From: a virus
Taxonomy: Duplodnaviria; Caudoviricetes
DNA: 64,000 nucleotides
IMG/VR virus record: IMGVR_UViG_3300010965_000001
Location: 146,563-210,562 of that record
Strand: one strand, 5' to 3'
Shown here: one piece after another, positions 1 to 10,926 of the stretch
Numbering within the stretch: the stretch's first letter is position 1
How the letters are laid out: each line of letters opens with the position of its first letter
Notes under the pieces: generated by a model
Databases searched by the model: none
Told to the model about the DNA's origin: nothing
What the model saw: the letters and a program-made list of their open reading frames with translations, nothing else
Made by a program: the position numbers and the translations under genes

Positions 1-210
1 TATAGAAAATTGTACTTCAGAAGTTGCATCTGTAGTTACTGCATTGTATGCGCTGATTACATACTCACCATTTGTGGTAACTTGTGTTGATGATGTAAAT
101 ATCGTCGTGATTTCACCGACTCCATTAGTAAATAATCCTGCCGCAATTTTTGCACTACGTTCTCCAGTATCATCCCCCGAAATGAGTGGTGTATAAATTT
201 TATAAGCCAT
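1..210 (-). CDS. Virion structural protein, 5' part (runs off window edge)
   Basis: ATG at 210 after GGAG; open frame MAYKIYTPLISGDD...EVQFSI to base 1; structural context. Confidence 0.7.
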   Translation of the reverse strand, partial: MAYKIYTPLISGDDTGERSAKIAAGLFTNGVGEITTIFTSSTQVTTNGEYVISAYNAVTTDATSEVQFSI

Positions 211-238
211 TTGTTTTCTCCATTATATAATATTAAAA

Positions 239-949
239 TTATGATGCGATGTATACTGTTCCTGCTATCGTAAGTAAAAATCCGAAAGTTGCACCACTCT
301 GATTTCCAACTACCGTGATAGGAAGAATCACACTTGCGTCAACGGTTGCAACATTACTTGTAATCTGCAATGCCGTTCCTTGACGAACAATACTTGAAAA
401 ATCACCAGATGGGTCATAAGGATTTCCTGTACTGAATTGCGACATGTCAGTAATCATACCCTTTGATTCGTTGATAATATCTGCCGATGATTTGTTAATA
501 ATAAATGTGTACGATGTGTCAAGTGTCTGTGTTACATTACCCTTAATCTTTGTTGCTGGGTAGAATGTAACTGACGCTGGTTGGTCACTATTCTGTGCTA
601 AAGTAATTGAACTGCCGTAAGGAACCGTTCCGTTAAGACTATTAACTGTAAGATACGGAATGTTCACTGTAGTTGCCGTTGTAAGGGCTGTATCATCACT
701 GATAAGTTTGAATCTCATTGCCTGTGTTTCATCGACAAGAGCCTCAAGAACAGGCATGTTTTCAATTACTTTACCATAGTAATCACTACCACTTGGATGA
801 AGGGGATTCCACAATGAATAATCGATTTCATCATCTGAGAGTGCAAACCGCGTAATCTTGAATGCCACTCCATTTTTTGATAAAATTTCTCTACCTTTTT
901 TGGTCAATACCGCGTCTACAGTAATTGATGAATTATCTAAATATGCCAT
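239..949 (-). CDS. Conserved large-phage virion structural protein
   Basis: 236 aa; N-terminus MAYLDNSSITVDAVLTKKGRE resembles structural proteins of large phages; AAGGAG RBS; TATTTATA upstream. Confidence 0.6.
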   Translation of the reverse strand: MAYLDNSSITVDAVLTKKGREILSKNGVAFKITRFALSDDEIDYSLWNPLHPSGSDYYGKVIENMPVLEALVDETQAMRFKLISDDTALTTATTVNIPYLTVNSLNGTVPYGSSITLAQNSDQPASVTFYPATKIKGNVTQTLDTSYTFIINKSSADIINESKGMITDMSQFSTGNPYDPSGDFSSIVRQGTALQITSNVATVDASVILPITVVGNQSGATFGFLLTIAGTVYIAS

Positions 950-1018
950 TTGAATCTCCTTGTTGTGATACTTGTTATTTTATATAAATATAAGAAAAAA
1001 ATAAATTATACACGTTTT

Positions 1019-4000
1019 TTACAAATCTAAGTCAACACCATCAACTTTAAGACGTGGTTTATCAATATCTTGCGTATTTACTGTTGCAATATTTGGTGAA
1101 ATGAACGTTACTTCTATTACTTGGTCACCATTCAATGTAGTTGCACCATTTGGATTTTCTGGTCCTTGGGTGGTTGTTCCATTGTAATACGCCATTTGAC
1201 CTGCGCTTCTATAAATATAATGTTTAATGTGATTAGGTTCGTAATGTATGCTTGCAGTCAAGATTTGTCCTGTACTTGACGTAATATACAACGGTTCCAT
1301 TGCCGAATTTCGTTTGATGTACCATCCGATACTTCCCGTATATTCTCTTGTTTCTTTGAAATCACTAATTGGCAATATAATTGACATTGTACCATATTCA
1401 TACAACGGTGCCGTAGTTGCAAAAGTCGTGTAAAATGACACCGTATCCAAATTTGCATTACTTGAGGTAGCCTGTTGAACGATTCTTGGTTTGATTCCTT
1501 GTTCAAGGAATCTGTGTGATGCAATACCTTCACCTTTAAATTCGTTATCACCAAATATTATATTATCGGTAACATTGACAAATGTCGTATAGTCGGTAAA
1601 ACTTCCGATTGGGTCGGAAGGCATAACGTCAATCAGTGAAGTAAATAATATATACTCTGATTTAAGTGTATCTGGTGCTACATTCACACTTGATGTAAAG
1701 TAAATGTATTCTGGATAGAGTGTTGGAACCATACCTACAATAGATGAGGTATATGTCACATTCTCAATCTTTACAGACTTCACCATTACAATATTTGTTC
1801 TCTCTAAGATGTTTGGTTCAATAGAGATTCCAGCGTTTAGTATCGTTCGTTCAGAATTAAACTGATGTATATTTCTAAACAATGTTTTTGATAATTGATA
1901 TGCATTATCTACATAATTTTGAAGTGGAACTGCTGGATTGTATGTTCTGTAATACTTGTAAATATTCTCCAAGTCAGTGTATGCCCCAACCTCATCAATC
2001 ATAAATTTAGGGTCTGCAATATAATCCGTCACGTCAGGATTTAAGAACATTATGATTTGTTTGTTCTCTATATTGGTTGGTGAAAAGATGAAATCTGCTT
2101 TGTTTAAATCTTTTCCATACTTTGTAAGTGAACTTGGTTCGATGCTTTCATGCCGTGATAAGTACACCTTACCATCGGAATGTGTTACGTAGTTATTTGC
2201 AATTCTAATTTTGTTAGATGTTGGTCTACCACTAAATGCGGTTGTATTGAGTCTAACAATATTTTTCTCATATCGCTGTTCAAATGTGTTACCAACAAAT
2301 CCACTCGCAGTTCCATGATTTTTACCAAACGATGATACGTTAGCATCATAAATTGAACTTGTCAATGCTAAATTCTTATTTTCATCAAACCGAATATGCG
2401 TCACCAATGATTGTGCTGACGATGTAACATCATTTCCAATTAAGTAGATTTGTGATAATGAATGTCGTTGGAAAATATCATCACGTAAAACTTCCGTAAA
2501 TAATTTAAGGTCTGTTACATTACCAACCAATGAGCCAGAACCAACATTTAATATAGATGAGGATATATATGCACCGTTAATTAACGATGAACTCGTTATC
2601 AATGATGCACTTACATAAAAGTTAATAGTATCTGAGTTGATAGTATTGGTCTTCAATGTATACGTCTGCGATGCAGTTGGATTGCTTGTTGATATGGAAC
2701 GTTGGAACATTACATTCCAAAATGCACCGTTGAATACAGGAATCTCTTCTGTAGATACAGTATTTCCGTTGATGGTAAACTGTAGCATTCCAGTAGTAGA
2801 CTTCCAACCAGTCTTTACCGCCTTAATTGCAAACCCATCCGTAGTAAGTAGTGATTGTGTTACAGGAAGACCGTTATTTAATTTAAACTTAAATACAATT
2901 GAATCTGGTGTCTTTGAATTATAGGTCTTCCATAACAAGTTTACATTCTGACTTCCATCGAAACGAAGTGAGTATACCAAATTTGTGTAATCTACTGCTG
3001 TCTCAGGAACTACAGTCACGTCCATCTGTCGTGCTGTTACGTCTGGTCCACCATATTCACGAATTTCATAATAATCTCTGTCGATGCCGAGCATATTTGC
3101 AAATGCGTGAAGTAATTGATAACTTCCCTTTGATTTTAAGAAGAATACAATGTTACTGAAAAATCGTTTTAATAATACGTTCTTCTTAACGGCGGTTGGA
3201 AGGGTACGAATAGACGTATCATCACCTGCATTGTTAAGAAGGAATGTACCCAAATCATCCGTATCAATATCTGTGATAAGTTCACTACCAAACTGTTCTA
3301 TAAATTTTGTAATAAGACCATTGGATATTCCTGTATTTTCTTTTAATCCATGAATATCCTTGCTCGTAATATGTTGAATATACAAATGAAGTTCATCAAA
3401 ATATTCTGCAACCATATTAATAAACACCATGTAGTCCGTATTTTGTTCATCCTCTTGAATGAATGTAGGGACAGTGTTTGTTAACAGTGATATGTTTTGA
3501 CGGTCGTATAGACTTGCAGATGCATACTGTCCATCATACCAATCCTGTGCAGTTGAAGATGACACAGAATACAATATATATGGTTTTGCAGAAGTTAACT
3601 TTGGCCACGAAGAATTGAACGTTTCACCTAAACTACTTGACACATATGATGAACTTTCATAATACAAATATTTTTCATATGGAGTGAATGTAGAAATAAC
3701 ATCACTTATCAATTGATTTGTCTTCGTCAATGATTGTGATACTGCGACTGTTGGGTTACCACTAATTATTAACAAACCAATTGAACTTGAATATTGTGCG
3801 GCATCCGCTGAATAATTTTGAATGTTTGTTAATTTATTCTTAAAGTTTTCAAGACGTTTTACCGCCGATGAATAATATACAAAATTGTTATAATCGAAGT
3901 ATTCAACATTAAGAGAATCAATACTTGATGAAAAGTTAGAAAGAATTTCTGACGTGTTGGTCATACCTGTTAAGGTATCAAGACTCTTATATAAGTTATC

Positions 4001-4810
4001 GTCCGATAATTTAGAATGTGCGACTTTAATCGTGAAATTTGGTTTCAACTTTATCGAATTGTCAAGTTCCGTTGATTTCTCACCAAAAATTTCTGTAGAA
4101 AATATGTTACTGTTTATCTTCTTTGAACAAATATAGCAAAACTGTTTAACATCAACAATTGTTGGTAATGAGTCATAGAATCGTGCAATAAGTGAATCCG
4201 AAGATTCTACTAAAATATTGGTCACGGTGAATAGATTGTCATTTCCAAAGTTTACAAACACGTTCTGACCAAATGACAAATCTGTACTGCTCTGCTTTCC
4301 ACTTGTTAGTATAGAGTTAGTAGACAGTGATGGCATATTTTTGAAATTGACTTTGCCATCATTTAACGTGTATTTGATTCGTGCTTCATTCCGTGAAGGA
4401 GATATATCAAAGGTAATAAGTTCATTGTATGCGTCAGTAGATACTTCCGCTTTTATGAAGTTAAATGTTAACTTAACTTTACCTGAGAAGAATGGCTGAA
4501 AGTCTGCGAAGAACTTTTCTGAGTTAAATGACAATGCTCCACCTCTATCAGTGGAAAAATAGTCATACATTGCATGTCCGCGGCTCTCAACGTATTTCCT
4601 TAGATTTGGAAAAGAGAATAACTGCGTAAAGGTTTCATCGTCAGCATATACATGTAATTCAACGATGTCGTTATTGACATCACCAATATTCTTAGAATCC
4701 TTCGTTATCTGTAATAATTTTACATCAGTCGCAGATATAGTTTCCGCTTCAATCACAGGAACAAGTGACGTTTTTATTTCATCTATATTTTTATAATCAA
4801 GTATTGACAT
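1019..4810 (-). CDS. Large baseplate/tail protein with possible LamG-like domain
   Basis: 1263 aa, S/T/N-rich; segment NGAFWNVMFQR...GNVTDLKLF resembles LamG; baseplate context. Confidence 0.5.
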   Translation of the reverse strand: MSILDYKNIDEIKTSLVPVIEAETISATDVKLLQITKDSKNIGDVNNDIVELHVYADDETFTQLFSFPNLRKYVESRGHAMYDYFSTDRGGALSFNSEKFFADFQPFFSGKVKLTFNFIKAEVSTDAYNELITFDISPSRNEARIKYTLNDGKVNFKNMPSLSTNSILTSGKQSSTDLSFGQNVFVNFGNDNLFTVTNILVESSDSLIARFYDSLPTIVDVKQFCYICSKKINSNIFSTEIFGEKSTELDNSIKLKPNFTIKVAHSKLSDDNLYKSLDTLTGMTNTSEILSNFSSSIDSLNVEYFDYNNFVYYSSAVKRLENFKNKLTNIQNYSADAAQYSSSIGLLIISGNPTVAVSQSLTKTNQLISDVISTFTPYEKYLYYESSSYVSSSLGETFNSSWPKLTSAKPYILYSVSSSTAQDWYDGQYASASLYDRQNISLLTNTVPTFIQEDEQNTDYMVFINMVAEYFDELHLYIQHITSKDIHGLKENTGISNGLITKFIEQFGSELITDIDTDDLGTFLLNNAGDDTSIRTLPTAVKKNVLLKRFFSNIVFFLKSKGSYQLLHAFANMLGIDRDYYEIREYGGPDVTARQMDVTVVPETAVDYTNLVYSLRFDGSQNVNLLWKTYNSKTPDSIVFKFKLNNGLPVTQSLLTTDGFAIKAVKTGWKSTTGMLQFTINGNTVSTEEIPVFNGAFWNVMFQRSISTSNPTASQTYTLKTNTINSDTINFYVSASLITSSSLINGAYISSSILNVGSGSLVGNVTDLKLFTEVLRDDIFQRHSLSQIYLIGNDVTSSAQSLVTHIRFDENKNLALTSSIYDANVSSFGKNHGTASGFVGNTFEQRYEKNIVRLNTTAFSGRPTSNKIRIANNYVTHSDGKVYLSRHESIEPSSLTKYGKDLNKADFIFSPTNIENKQIIMFLNPDVTDYIADPKFMIDEVGAYTDLENIYKYYRTYNPAVPLQNYVDNAYQLSKTLFRNIHQFNSERTILNAGISIEPNILERTNIVMVKSVKIENVTYTSSIVGMVPTLYPEYIYFTSSVNVAPDTLKSEYILFTSLIDVMPSDPIGSFTDYTTFVNVTDNIIFGDNEFKGEGIASHRFLEQGIKPRIVQQATSSNANLDTVSFYTTFATTAPLYEYGTMSIILPISDFKETREYTGSIGWYIKRNSAMEPLYITSSTGQILTASIHYEPNHIKHYIYRSAGQMAYYNGTTTQGPENPNGATTLNGDQVIEVTFISPNIATVNTQDIDKPRLKVDGVDLDL

Positions 4811-4815
4811 AATTT

Positions 4816-5379
4816 TTATATTGGTAATACTAATCCAGGTCCTACAGGTGTGACCACTGGTTGTGCTAATAAATATTGAACTTGTGCCGCTGAGGCAATT
4901 CCATTTTGAACTTTATTTGCAATTTCTATGATACACGCGTCACCTTGTGACAACTTAATAAACTCATTTTGAATTGTTTGTGCCGCGTAATTCTGTGCGG
5001 CTAAAATCAATCCTCTACCAAATGCACCAAAAAGTGCGGCTACTGCAGGTGCAGGAATATCAAATGCTTTCAAGAATGACAAGTCAGGGACTTGTGGTAA
5101 CTGTGGAGCACCTGGAATTTGTGGTAAATTATTGTTATTTTGATTCAATACAGGGCATCTATTTGTCTTTAACCGTGCATTAACACTTGCCGCGTTCTTT
5201 AATCCATCTAAAGGGTCACCATCCCCATTCAACACATCGTCAAATGATATTGGAAGTAACGTATCAAGTGGATTTTCGGGGGCAACGTAACTTGCACTTG
5301 CCTGTAAATAAGTATCAAATGTCGATAAAAGATTTCCAGTATTAGTGGAAGGATATATACAATATGTTGTTAGTGTCAT
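4816..5379 (-). CDS. Hypothetical virion protein
   Basis: 187 aa ORF, coupled to upstream gene. Confidence 0.6.
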   Translation of the reverse strand: MTLTTYCIYPSTNTGNLLSTFDTYLQASASYVAPENPLDTLLPISFDDVLNGDGDPLDGLKNAASVNARLKTNRCPVLNQNNNNLPQIPGAPQLPQVPDLSFLKAFDIPAPAVAALFGAFGRGLILAAQNYAAQTIQNEFIKLSQGDACIIEIANKVQNGIASAAQVQYLLAQPVVTPVGPGLVLPI

Positions 5380-8300
5380 TATCTATATCTCATATTAACA
5401 GAAACTGCGGTGAATTTAAAGTTAATTGAACTTCCAGGTGCAATACTAAATAACTGTATCATTCCTGTGAATGTGTTTCCTGCCGTCAATCCTCTTTCTT
5501 TTTCTGGAAATGTACCATCGCCAGTATCATAATTTGTAAACGGTGACGTTATTGTCGTTGTTCCAAAATTCTTTTCATAAATATTTGGAGTTGGTGTACT
5601 TCCTTCACCAAAAACACGTCCTGGTTCTGTTTCATACCATGAACCGTTCACTGTTGGTGTTACAGCGTCTCTAAGATAAACAGGTGTAAATATATCCGCC
5701 ATTACTTGTGTATTGAATTTACTTACTTCCCATCCAAATGGAGGAATGTAAATCCAAGTATTCGCGTGAATGTACGATATACCATTTTTAGCACTGTTCT
5801 GTCCATGTCCATAATAGAATATGGTTGGATGTAAAAAATATCCTGAACCATCTACTGGAGGCGTGTATCCTTTTTGTTTGCTTGACGGCCAATTGAGTTT
5901 ATCAAGTTTTGCAATATTCTCAAAAATTGGAAGTGCCGTTCCATTGGTAACAAGTGTTGGCAAAGATACACCATTAGAGTACCACTTGTACGTGTCCATC
6001 ACCGTAATATAATCTGATACTCCTGTCTGTACAGGCGCGTTTACTTTTGCCAATGCTTCTATGATAAGACTGATATTGGTAAAGTATTGCACCATTAGAT
6101 TTGTTGCCTTATGCATGACGGTCAATACTTTTTCAGAATAAGAAGTACCGTTGAACACACGTTTTTCATTTGTCACAACTTGTGTGATATATACGGACTG
6201 TGTTGATAAACTTGCATCAATCATGTTAAACAAATCAGTGAATCCCTGTAATATAAACTTCATATCGTTGGATTTACTTATCAAATATTCAAGTGGAAAT
6301 ACTTTTAACTCTGGTCTTGCTTGTTTGTCTGCCATATCAGAAAATATCTTAGGAAACTTATTTATTGCAAAGTCAAATGCAAGAACCATATTGTAATTTA
6401 TATCTTTTGAATCTATGGTATCTACCGTTCCTAACAAAACAGACAACAAATTTTTAACTTTTGTTGAAGTTTTATTGTTTAATATTTTCTCACTGAAATC
6501 AAACAACGAACACCAAGGTAACTGCGGAGGATTTTGTGGTTTAGGCCACTTACCTTCCGATGGGTTCTGCATATGAAAATCATTGAAAATAGTTTGATAA
6601 TATTTAGTTGTTGTCCTATCTGACCAATTTTTGTTCAATTCCCAATTTGTATATGGAACTGATGTTATTCGTAACGATTCTTGAAAATTTGTCTGTGGTA
6701 TTGATATTAAAATCATATTCAGAACTTGAATGTAATTTATATAAAAATTGGCATAGATGTTTTCCAATGCAGATGTTGATAAATTTGACAAATTGAATTG
6801 TGTTATCAACGTTACCCAATTTACCTCTGTTTGGTATTTGGTTAAAAGTAAATTACTTTCAATCAATCCTTTAAGAGAGTTATTGTATGTGTCTGCGTTA
6901 TACCCATAAAAATTATCTAATGTTTTCTCTAATCCCATTAAAAAGTTTAACTGCTTACTCATTTGAATGCTCAGCGTGTTAATGTTCGCATTTAATTTAG
7001 AATTCATGTCCGTCAATTGAGTGTTTATATCAGACAATACAGATGGGTCACTGTAATCAAGTCGTGGATTTTCATAAATAAATCGCAACTCATGTGAATT
7101 TTCATCCTCTGTACCACCACTTCTAAACGGTGACTGTGGTATTCCATCTACAACAGTTCCCTTTAATGAATTCATATAATGATAACTACCATTGTATGGT
7201 TGTCCATCAAGTGTGAATATTGAACTGTTTGACGTTAGATTACTGTAATCCTTGTCACCCTTCAATATTAAGTTAACATACACAATTTCATTCTTCTTAA
7301 TTATTTCTTTATTTAGTGTTGTAACCTCATTTTTATTATTAATCAATTCGGTATATGAATCTCCAACAGTTATTTTTGGAGTATTTTGCTTTATCATTGC
7401 CGACACATCAACATATTGTATATATGGTTTTGATACGGTTGGCGCAGAATTTTGTGTGATAACAGTTGTTCCGCCACCGACCACATCACCAATAACAGTT
7501 GATACTGTAGTGAATGTCCACCACGTTGACGGATACTTACCCATTGATAAATAATTTCCAAGTCCATCATCTAATAGATAATCTACTTTACCTCTCCACT
7601 TATACACCTTATCCTTGACAAGAGTTGCTGTCACCGATGGAAATTTAAGAAGAGTGTATGATTTTATATCATTTGGTGAACCATCTGGATATATTTCAAT
7701 TGTATATTGCTTTACAACTTTTTTGGATTGACCGTCTGGTGCATTATACATCAACAATGTATGTTGTCCAGAATCAACCTGTATCTGTGTATCGTATGGA
7801 GAATTTGGTGTTAACACTGGTGCTTCATCGATTGGCGTGGTTGTTCCATCACCATCTTCTCTACCAAGTACTACATCTGTTCCACCAGTACCAGTCTTTG
7901 CATTTAAAGACAAATCTGTAGTTGTAAAATTACGTATAATACTCCACGCACCTGCTCCAGCGTTATTCGATGCTCTTACTCTCCAATAATATTTAGTAGC
8001 ATTCTGTAATCCCTGTGCAGTAACTGCGGTAGTTGCTATACCATTAACATTCATTGGAAGTACATTTGCTTCAAATGTATTCGTCTTGGAAACTTGAACT
8101 TGATATGCAAGTGCAGAAGGTGCTGCGTTCCATGACAATCCACCAGTTGCAGGGATATTCTTGCTATCATTCAATGGTAATTTCAATGTAGGAGCAGATG
8201 GTATTCCACTTGGTGTTGGTGGGGGAGGCAATACCTTATTACCCGTTGTAGTGAACTGTGCTCTTGCCCATTCACTTGCCACACCAGATGCACCAATTGC

Positions 8301-10241
8301 ACGAACTTCCCACCAATAATCGGCACCGTCTTCTAAATCAAATATACTTGAAAATCCGACTATGCCAGTCTTACCAGCGTAACCACCGCCGTAACTCGCG
8401 TCTGCATATATTCTAACTTCATAACTCGTTGCCGCAGGTGAACCGTTCCACTTGAATAATATTCCCTTAGAATTCACGTTAGTCAGTAATGTCGGTCCAA
8501 CTATTTCTGGCATAGGTGGAGGAGGATTTACTGGTGCAGGCGGTAATTCAACTGAAGTTGCAACCGAAGGTGTGTTAAAAAATATAACTGGAGTTGACGG
8601 TTGACTTGCTACGCCCATTGAGTTTACCGCTGTAATAGTTGCTTCATACTGACTTCCCAATACCAAGTCTACGATGTCTGCCGTTGTTGACATTGCCCCA
8701 TAAAATGGATATTCACTCCACTGTGGGGAACTACCAAATCTCAATTTAAGTATATACGATGCCGCATCCAATACTGAATTCCATTGGAATGAAGATACCA
8801 ATTTACCAGAAGGAGATGTTGAAAATCTCACCGTTGGATTGAGTGATGGAGTTATAGGTACACCCGGCTCAGTTGGTGGAGGTGTTGTCGTTGTCATGGA
8901 TGGTGTATGAAACTGCGTCCACGTTGGTCCAAATGACCCATAGCCATAAATATTACCAGACTGAACGTTATATTCATATGCCGTGTCGGGCGTTAATGTA
9001 TAATTTGTCGCAGTGGTTGCCATTGCACCAATAGTGGTGATATATGTTACTGGCTGGTCGGAATTTGCTCTGTGATATTGTAAGTTATACTTGTCCGCAC
9101 CAGGTTGCATGCTCCACTCAAATACGGTCTGAACTTTACCATCAACAATAGTTGTTTGTGGTACTTTTTTGACAGGTGGAAGTGGCACAGTTGCCGTTGG
9201 TGTAGGTGGTGGTTGTGTTACAGTTCCATTAGATGTTGTAAATGTATTAACTACCCAATCACTTTTTACTCCAGTACCACCAACAGAACGAACTCTCCAA
9301 TATATCAATCGATTTGGGTCAAAACCCGTATCTGATTGATTTACAACAGTTGATGTATTTACAGTTGTTATGAATACAGTGTCTCCATCAAAATACGGAT
9401 TCAAATCAAGTTCAACCTCATATGTCGTAGCACCTTGTGCTGGAATCCATGCAAGAGAAATAGTTGTACTTCCTACCACCTGCCCGTTGATAGGGGAATT
9501 GAGTGTTGGCGGTAACAATGGTGGTAATGGTGGAACATCCACCAATGCCTGTGCAGTGTTTCCCGTAGTAAATGAATATACATCTGACCAAGGGCTTCCT
9601 GTTCCACTTGCCGTAGTACTTCCCTCCGACATAACTCTCCAGTAATATGTCGTGTTTGGTTTCAATCCTCTATATGTTTTATTTGGTGTAGAACTATCCA
9701 CCACAAATTGCGTTCCAATTTCTCTAAACGGGTCTATCGGGACTTCGAAAAATTTCGATGTTCCGTTTGTTTGCATATACCAACCTGTTGACGTATACAC
9801 AAAATATGGGTCTGTAAATAATTGAACGTAATAACGTGCGGCTTGTACTGGTTGCCATTCAACAGTATAACCACCCGTTGACGGATTCGTAGAAACATTA
9901 GTAGCACCATTTGATGGTGACAATAATATAGGAGTGGTAGCCTCACCAACTTTGGTTGTTCTGAAATGATATACATCCGAACGTGGACTTTGCCCATGCT
10001 CATTTTCTGCCCACACCTGCCAATAGTAATCAAGAAATTCACCTAACCCATAAGTATATTTAGACTTTGGCAAGGTGTTGTAGTCGTACACTACACTATT
10101 TTGCATGTCGGGCGTGGTGGACACCAACGTGTAATATGCGGCGGCACCAGGTGATTCTGTCATAATAAATTGCACATTGGATACAGTCGTTAAATCATTT
10201 TCTGCTGGATACACAATGGTTGGAGTAATTGGAATAGCCAT
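5379..10241 (-). CDS. Fibronectin type III repeat virion protein with Pro-rich linkers
   Basis: 1620 aa; about seven repeats of P.L..P.N...L.W....A..Y.V....YYWRVRA..G...WS..F.T. Confidence 0.8.
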   Translation of the reverse strand: MAIPITPTIVYPAENDLTTVSNVQFIMTESPGAAAYYTLVSTTPDMQNSVVYDYNTLPKSKYTYGLGEFLDYYWQVWAENEHGQSPRSDVYHFRTTKVGEATTPILLSPSNGATNVSTNPSTGGYTVEWQPVQAARYYVQLFTDPYFVYTSTGWYMQTNGTSKFFEVPIDPFREIGTQFVVDSSTPNKTYRGLKPNTTYYWRVMSEGSTTASGTGSPWSDVYSFTTGNTAQALVDVPPLPPLLPPTLNSPINGQVVGSTTISLAWIPAQGATTYEVELDLNPYFDGDTVFITTVNTSTVVNQSDTGFDPNRLIYWRVRSVGGTGVKSDWVVNTFTTSNGTVTQPPPTPTATVPLPPVKKVPQTTIVDGKVQTVFEWSMQPGADKYNLQYHRANSDQPVTYITTIGAMATTATNYTLTPDTAYEYNVQSGNIYGYGSFGPTWTQFHTPSMTTTTPPPTEPGVPITPSLNPTVRFSTSPSGKLVSSFQWNSVLDAASYILKLRFGSSPQWSEYPFYGAMSTTADIVDLVLGSQYEATITAVNSMGVASQPSTPVIFFNTPSVATSVELPPAPVNPPPPMPEIVGPTLLTNVNSKGILFKWNGSPAATSYEVRIYADASYGGGYAGKTGIVGFSSIFDLEDGADYWWEVRAIGASGVASEWARAQFTTTGNKVLPPPPTPSGIPSAPTLKLPLNDSKNIPATGGLSWNAAPSALAYQVQVSKTNTFEANVLPMNVNGIATTAVTAQGLQNATKYYWRVRASNNAGAGAWSIIRNFTTTDLSLNAKTGTGGTDVVLGREDGDGTTTPIDEAPVLTPNSPYDTQIQVDSGQHTLLMYNAPDGQSKKVVKQYTIEIYPDGSPNDIKSYTLLKFPSVTATLVKDKVYKWRGKVDYLLDDGLGNYLSMGKYPSTWWTFTTVSTVIGDVVGGGTTVITQNSAPTVSKPYIQYVDVSAMIKQNTPKITVGDSYTELINNKNEVTTLNKEIIKKNEIVYVNLILKGDKDYSNLTSNSSIFTLDGQPYNGSYHYMNSLKGTVVDGIPQSPFRSGGTEDENSHELRFIYENPRLDYSDPSVLSDINTQLTDMNSKLNANINTLSIQMSKQLNFLMGLEKTLDNFYGYNADTYNNSLKGLIESNLLLTKYQTEVNWVTLITQFNLSNLSTSALENIYANFYINYIQVLNMILISIPQTNFQESLRITSVPYTNWELNKNWSDRTTTKYYQTIFNDFHMQNPSEGKWPKPQNPPQLPWCSLFDFSEKILNNKTSTKVKNLLSVLLGTVDTIDSKDINYNMVLAFDFAINKFPKIFSDMADKQARPELKVFPLEYLISKSNDMKFILQGFTDLFNMIDASLSTQSVYITQVVTNEKRVFNGTSYSEKVLTVMHKATNLMVQYFTNISLIIEALAKVNAPVQTGVSDYITVMDTYKWYSNGVSLPTLVTNGTALPIFENIAKLDKLNWPSSKQKGYTPPVDGSGYFLHPTIFYYGHGQNSAKNGISYIHANTWIYIPPFGWEVSKFNTQVMADIFTPVYLRDAVTPTVNGSWYETEPGRVFGEGSTPTPNIYEKNFGTTTITSPFTNYDTGDGTFPEKERGLTAGNTFTGMIQLFSIAPGSSINFKFTAVSVNMRYR

Positions 10242-10283
10242 TTATTTTTCCTTTATTTACGATGTTGGTGTTACGTTACTATT

Positions 10284-10925
10284 TTATGTATCGATTGCTC
10301 TTCCACCACCAGGAGGAGGTGCCGTTGGAATATAAGTTGGTGTAGCGTTAAACGTCTTTAAGTCTATCTTTTGATTTTCGACTAAGAATGCGTTAATTCC
10401 TTCTTGCACTATATCATTATTAAATGACTCATAATTTCCAATGAATGCTTGTAATGCTGGACTGTATTTTGTTATATTATCACCACTCATCATAAAGTCT
10501 GTTAACGATTTTGTCATTCCACCCAACACACCACCGAAGGAATTGATGATTGTGACGGATGCGTTAAGTTGTTCGTTCAACTGTATAATTCTATTTCGTA
10601 ATGTGTCATTTTGAAGTAATAATGCTTCTATTTCGTTTGGAGAATATTGTGCACTATCACCAGTTAAATAATTTACACTGTTTGCTACTAAGTATGCGTG
10701 TGTTTTATATGTGGTATTATTCGCGTCAACAGGCACTCCTGTCGGCGGCACTTTGTTTATCTTGCCAGGGTCAATACTGTCTTTTAGTTTATCATACAAT
10801 CTAAACAGCGTATCAATCTCATCTTCACCTGCCAACTCAAATATAGTGTCATCAATGATATTTTCTTCATTGATATTTGGTGGAGGTGGATTATACAATT
10901 CACTTTTAAATGGTGTGTCTGCCAT
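10284..10925 (-). CDS. Hypothetical virion protein with coiled coil
   Basis: 213 aa; ends in PPPGGGRAIDT. Confidence 0.6.
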   Translation of the reverse strand: MADTPFKSELYNPPPPNINEENIIDDTIFELAGEDEIDTLFRLYDKLKDSIDPGKINKVPPTGVPVDANNTTYKTHAYLVANSVNYLTGDSAQYSPNEIEALLLQNDTLRNRIIQLNEQLNASVTIINSFGGVLGGMTKSLTDFMMSGDNITKYSPALQAFIGNYESFNNDIVQEGINAFLVENQKIDLKTFNATPTYIPTAPPPGGGRAIDT

Positions 10926-10926
10926 A

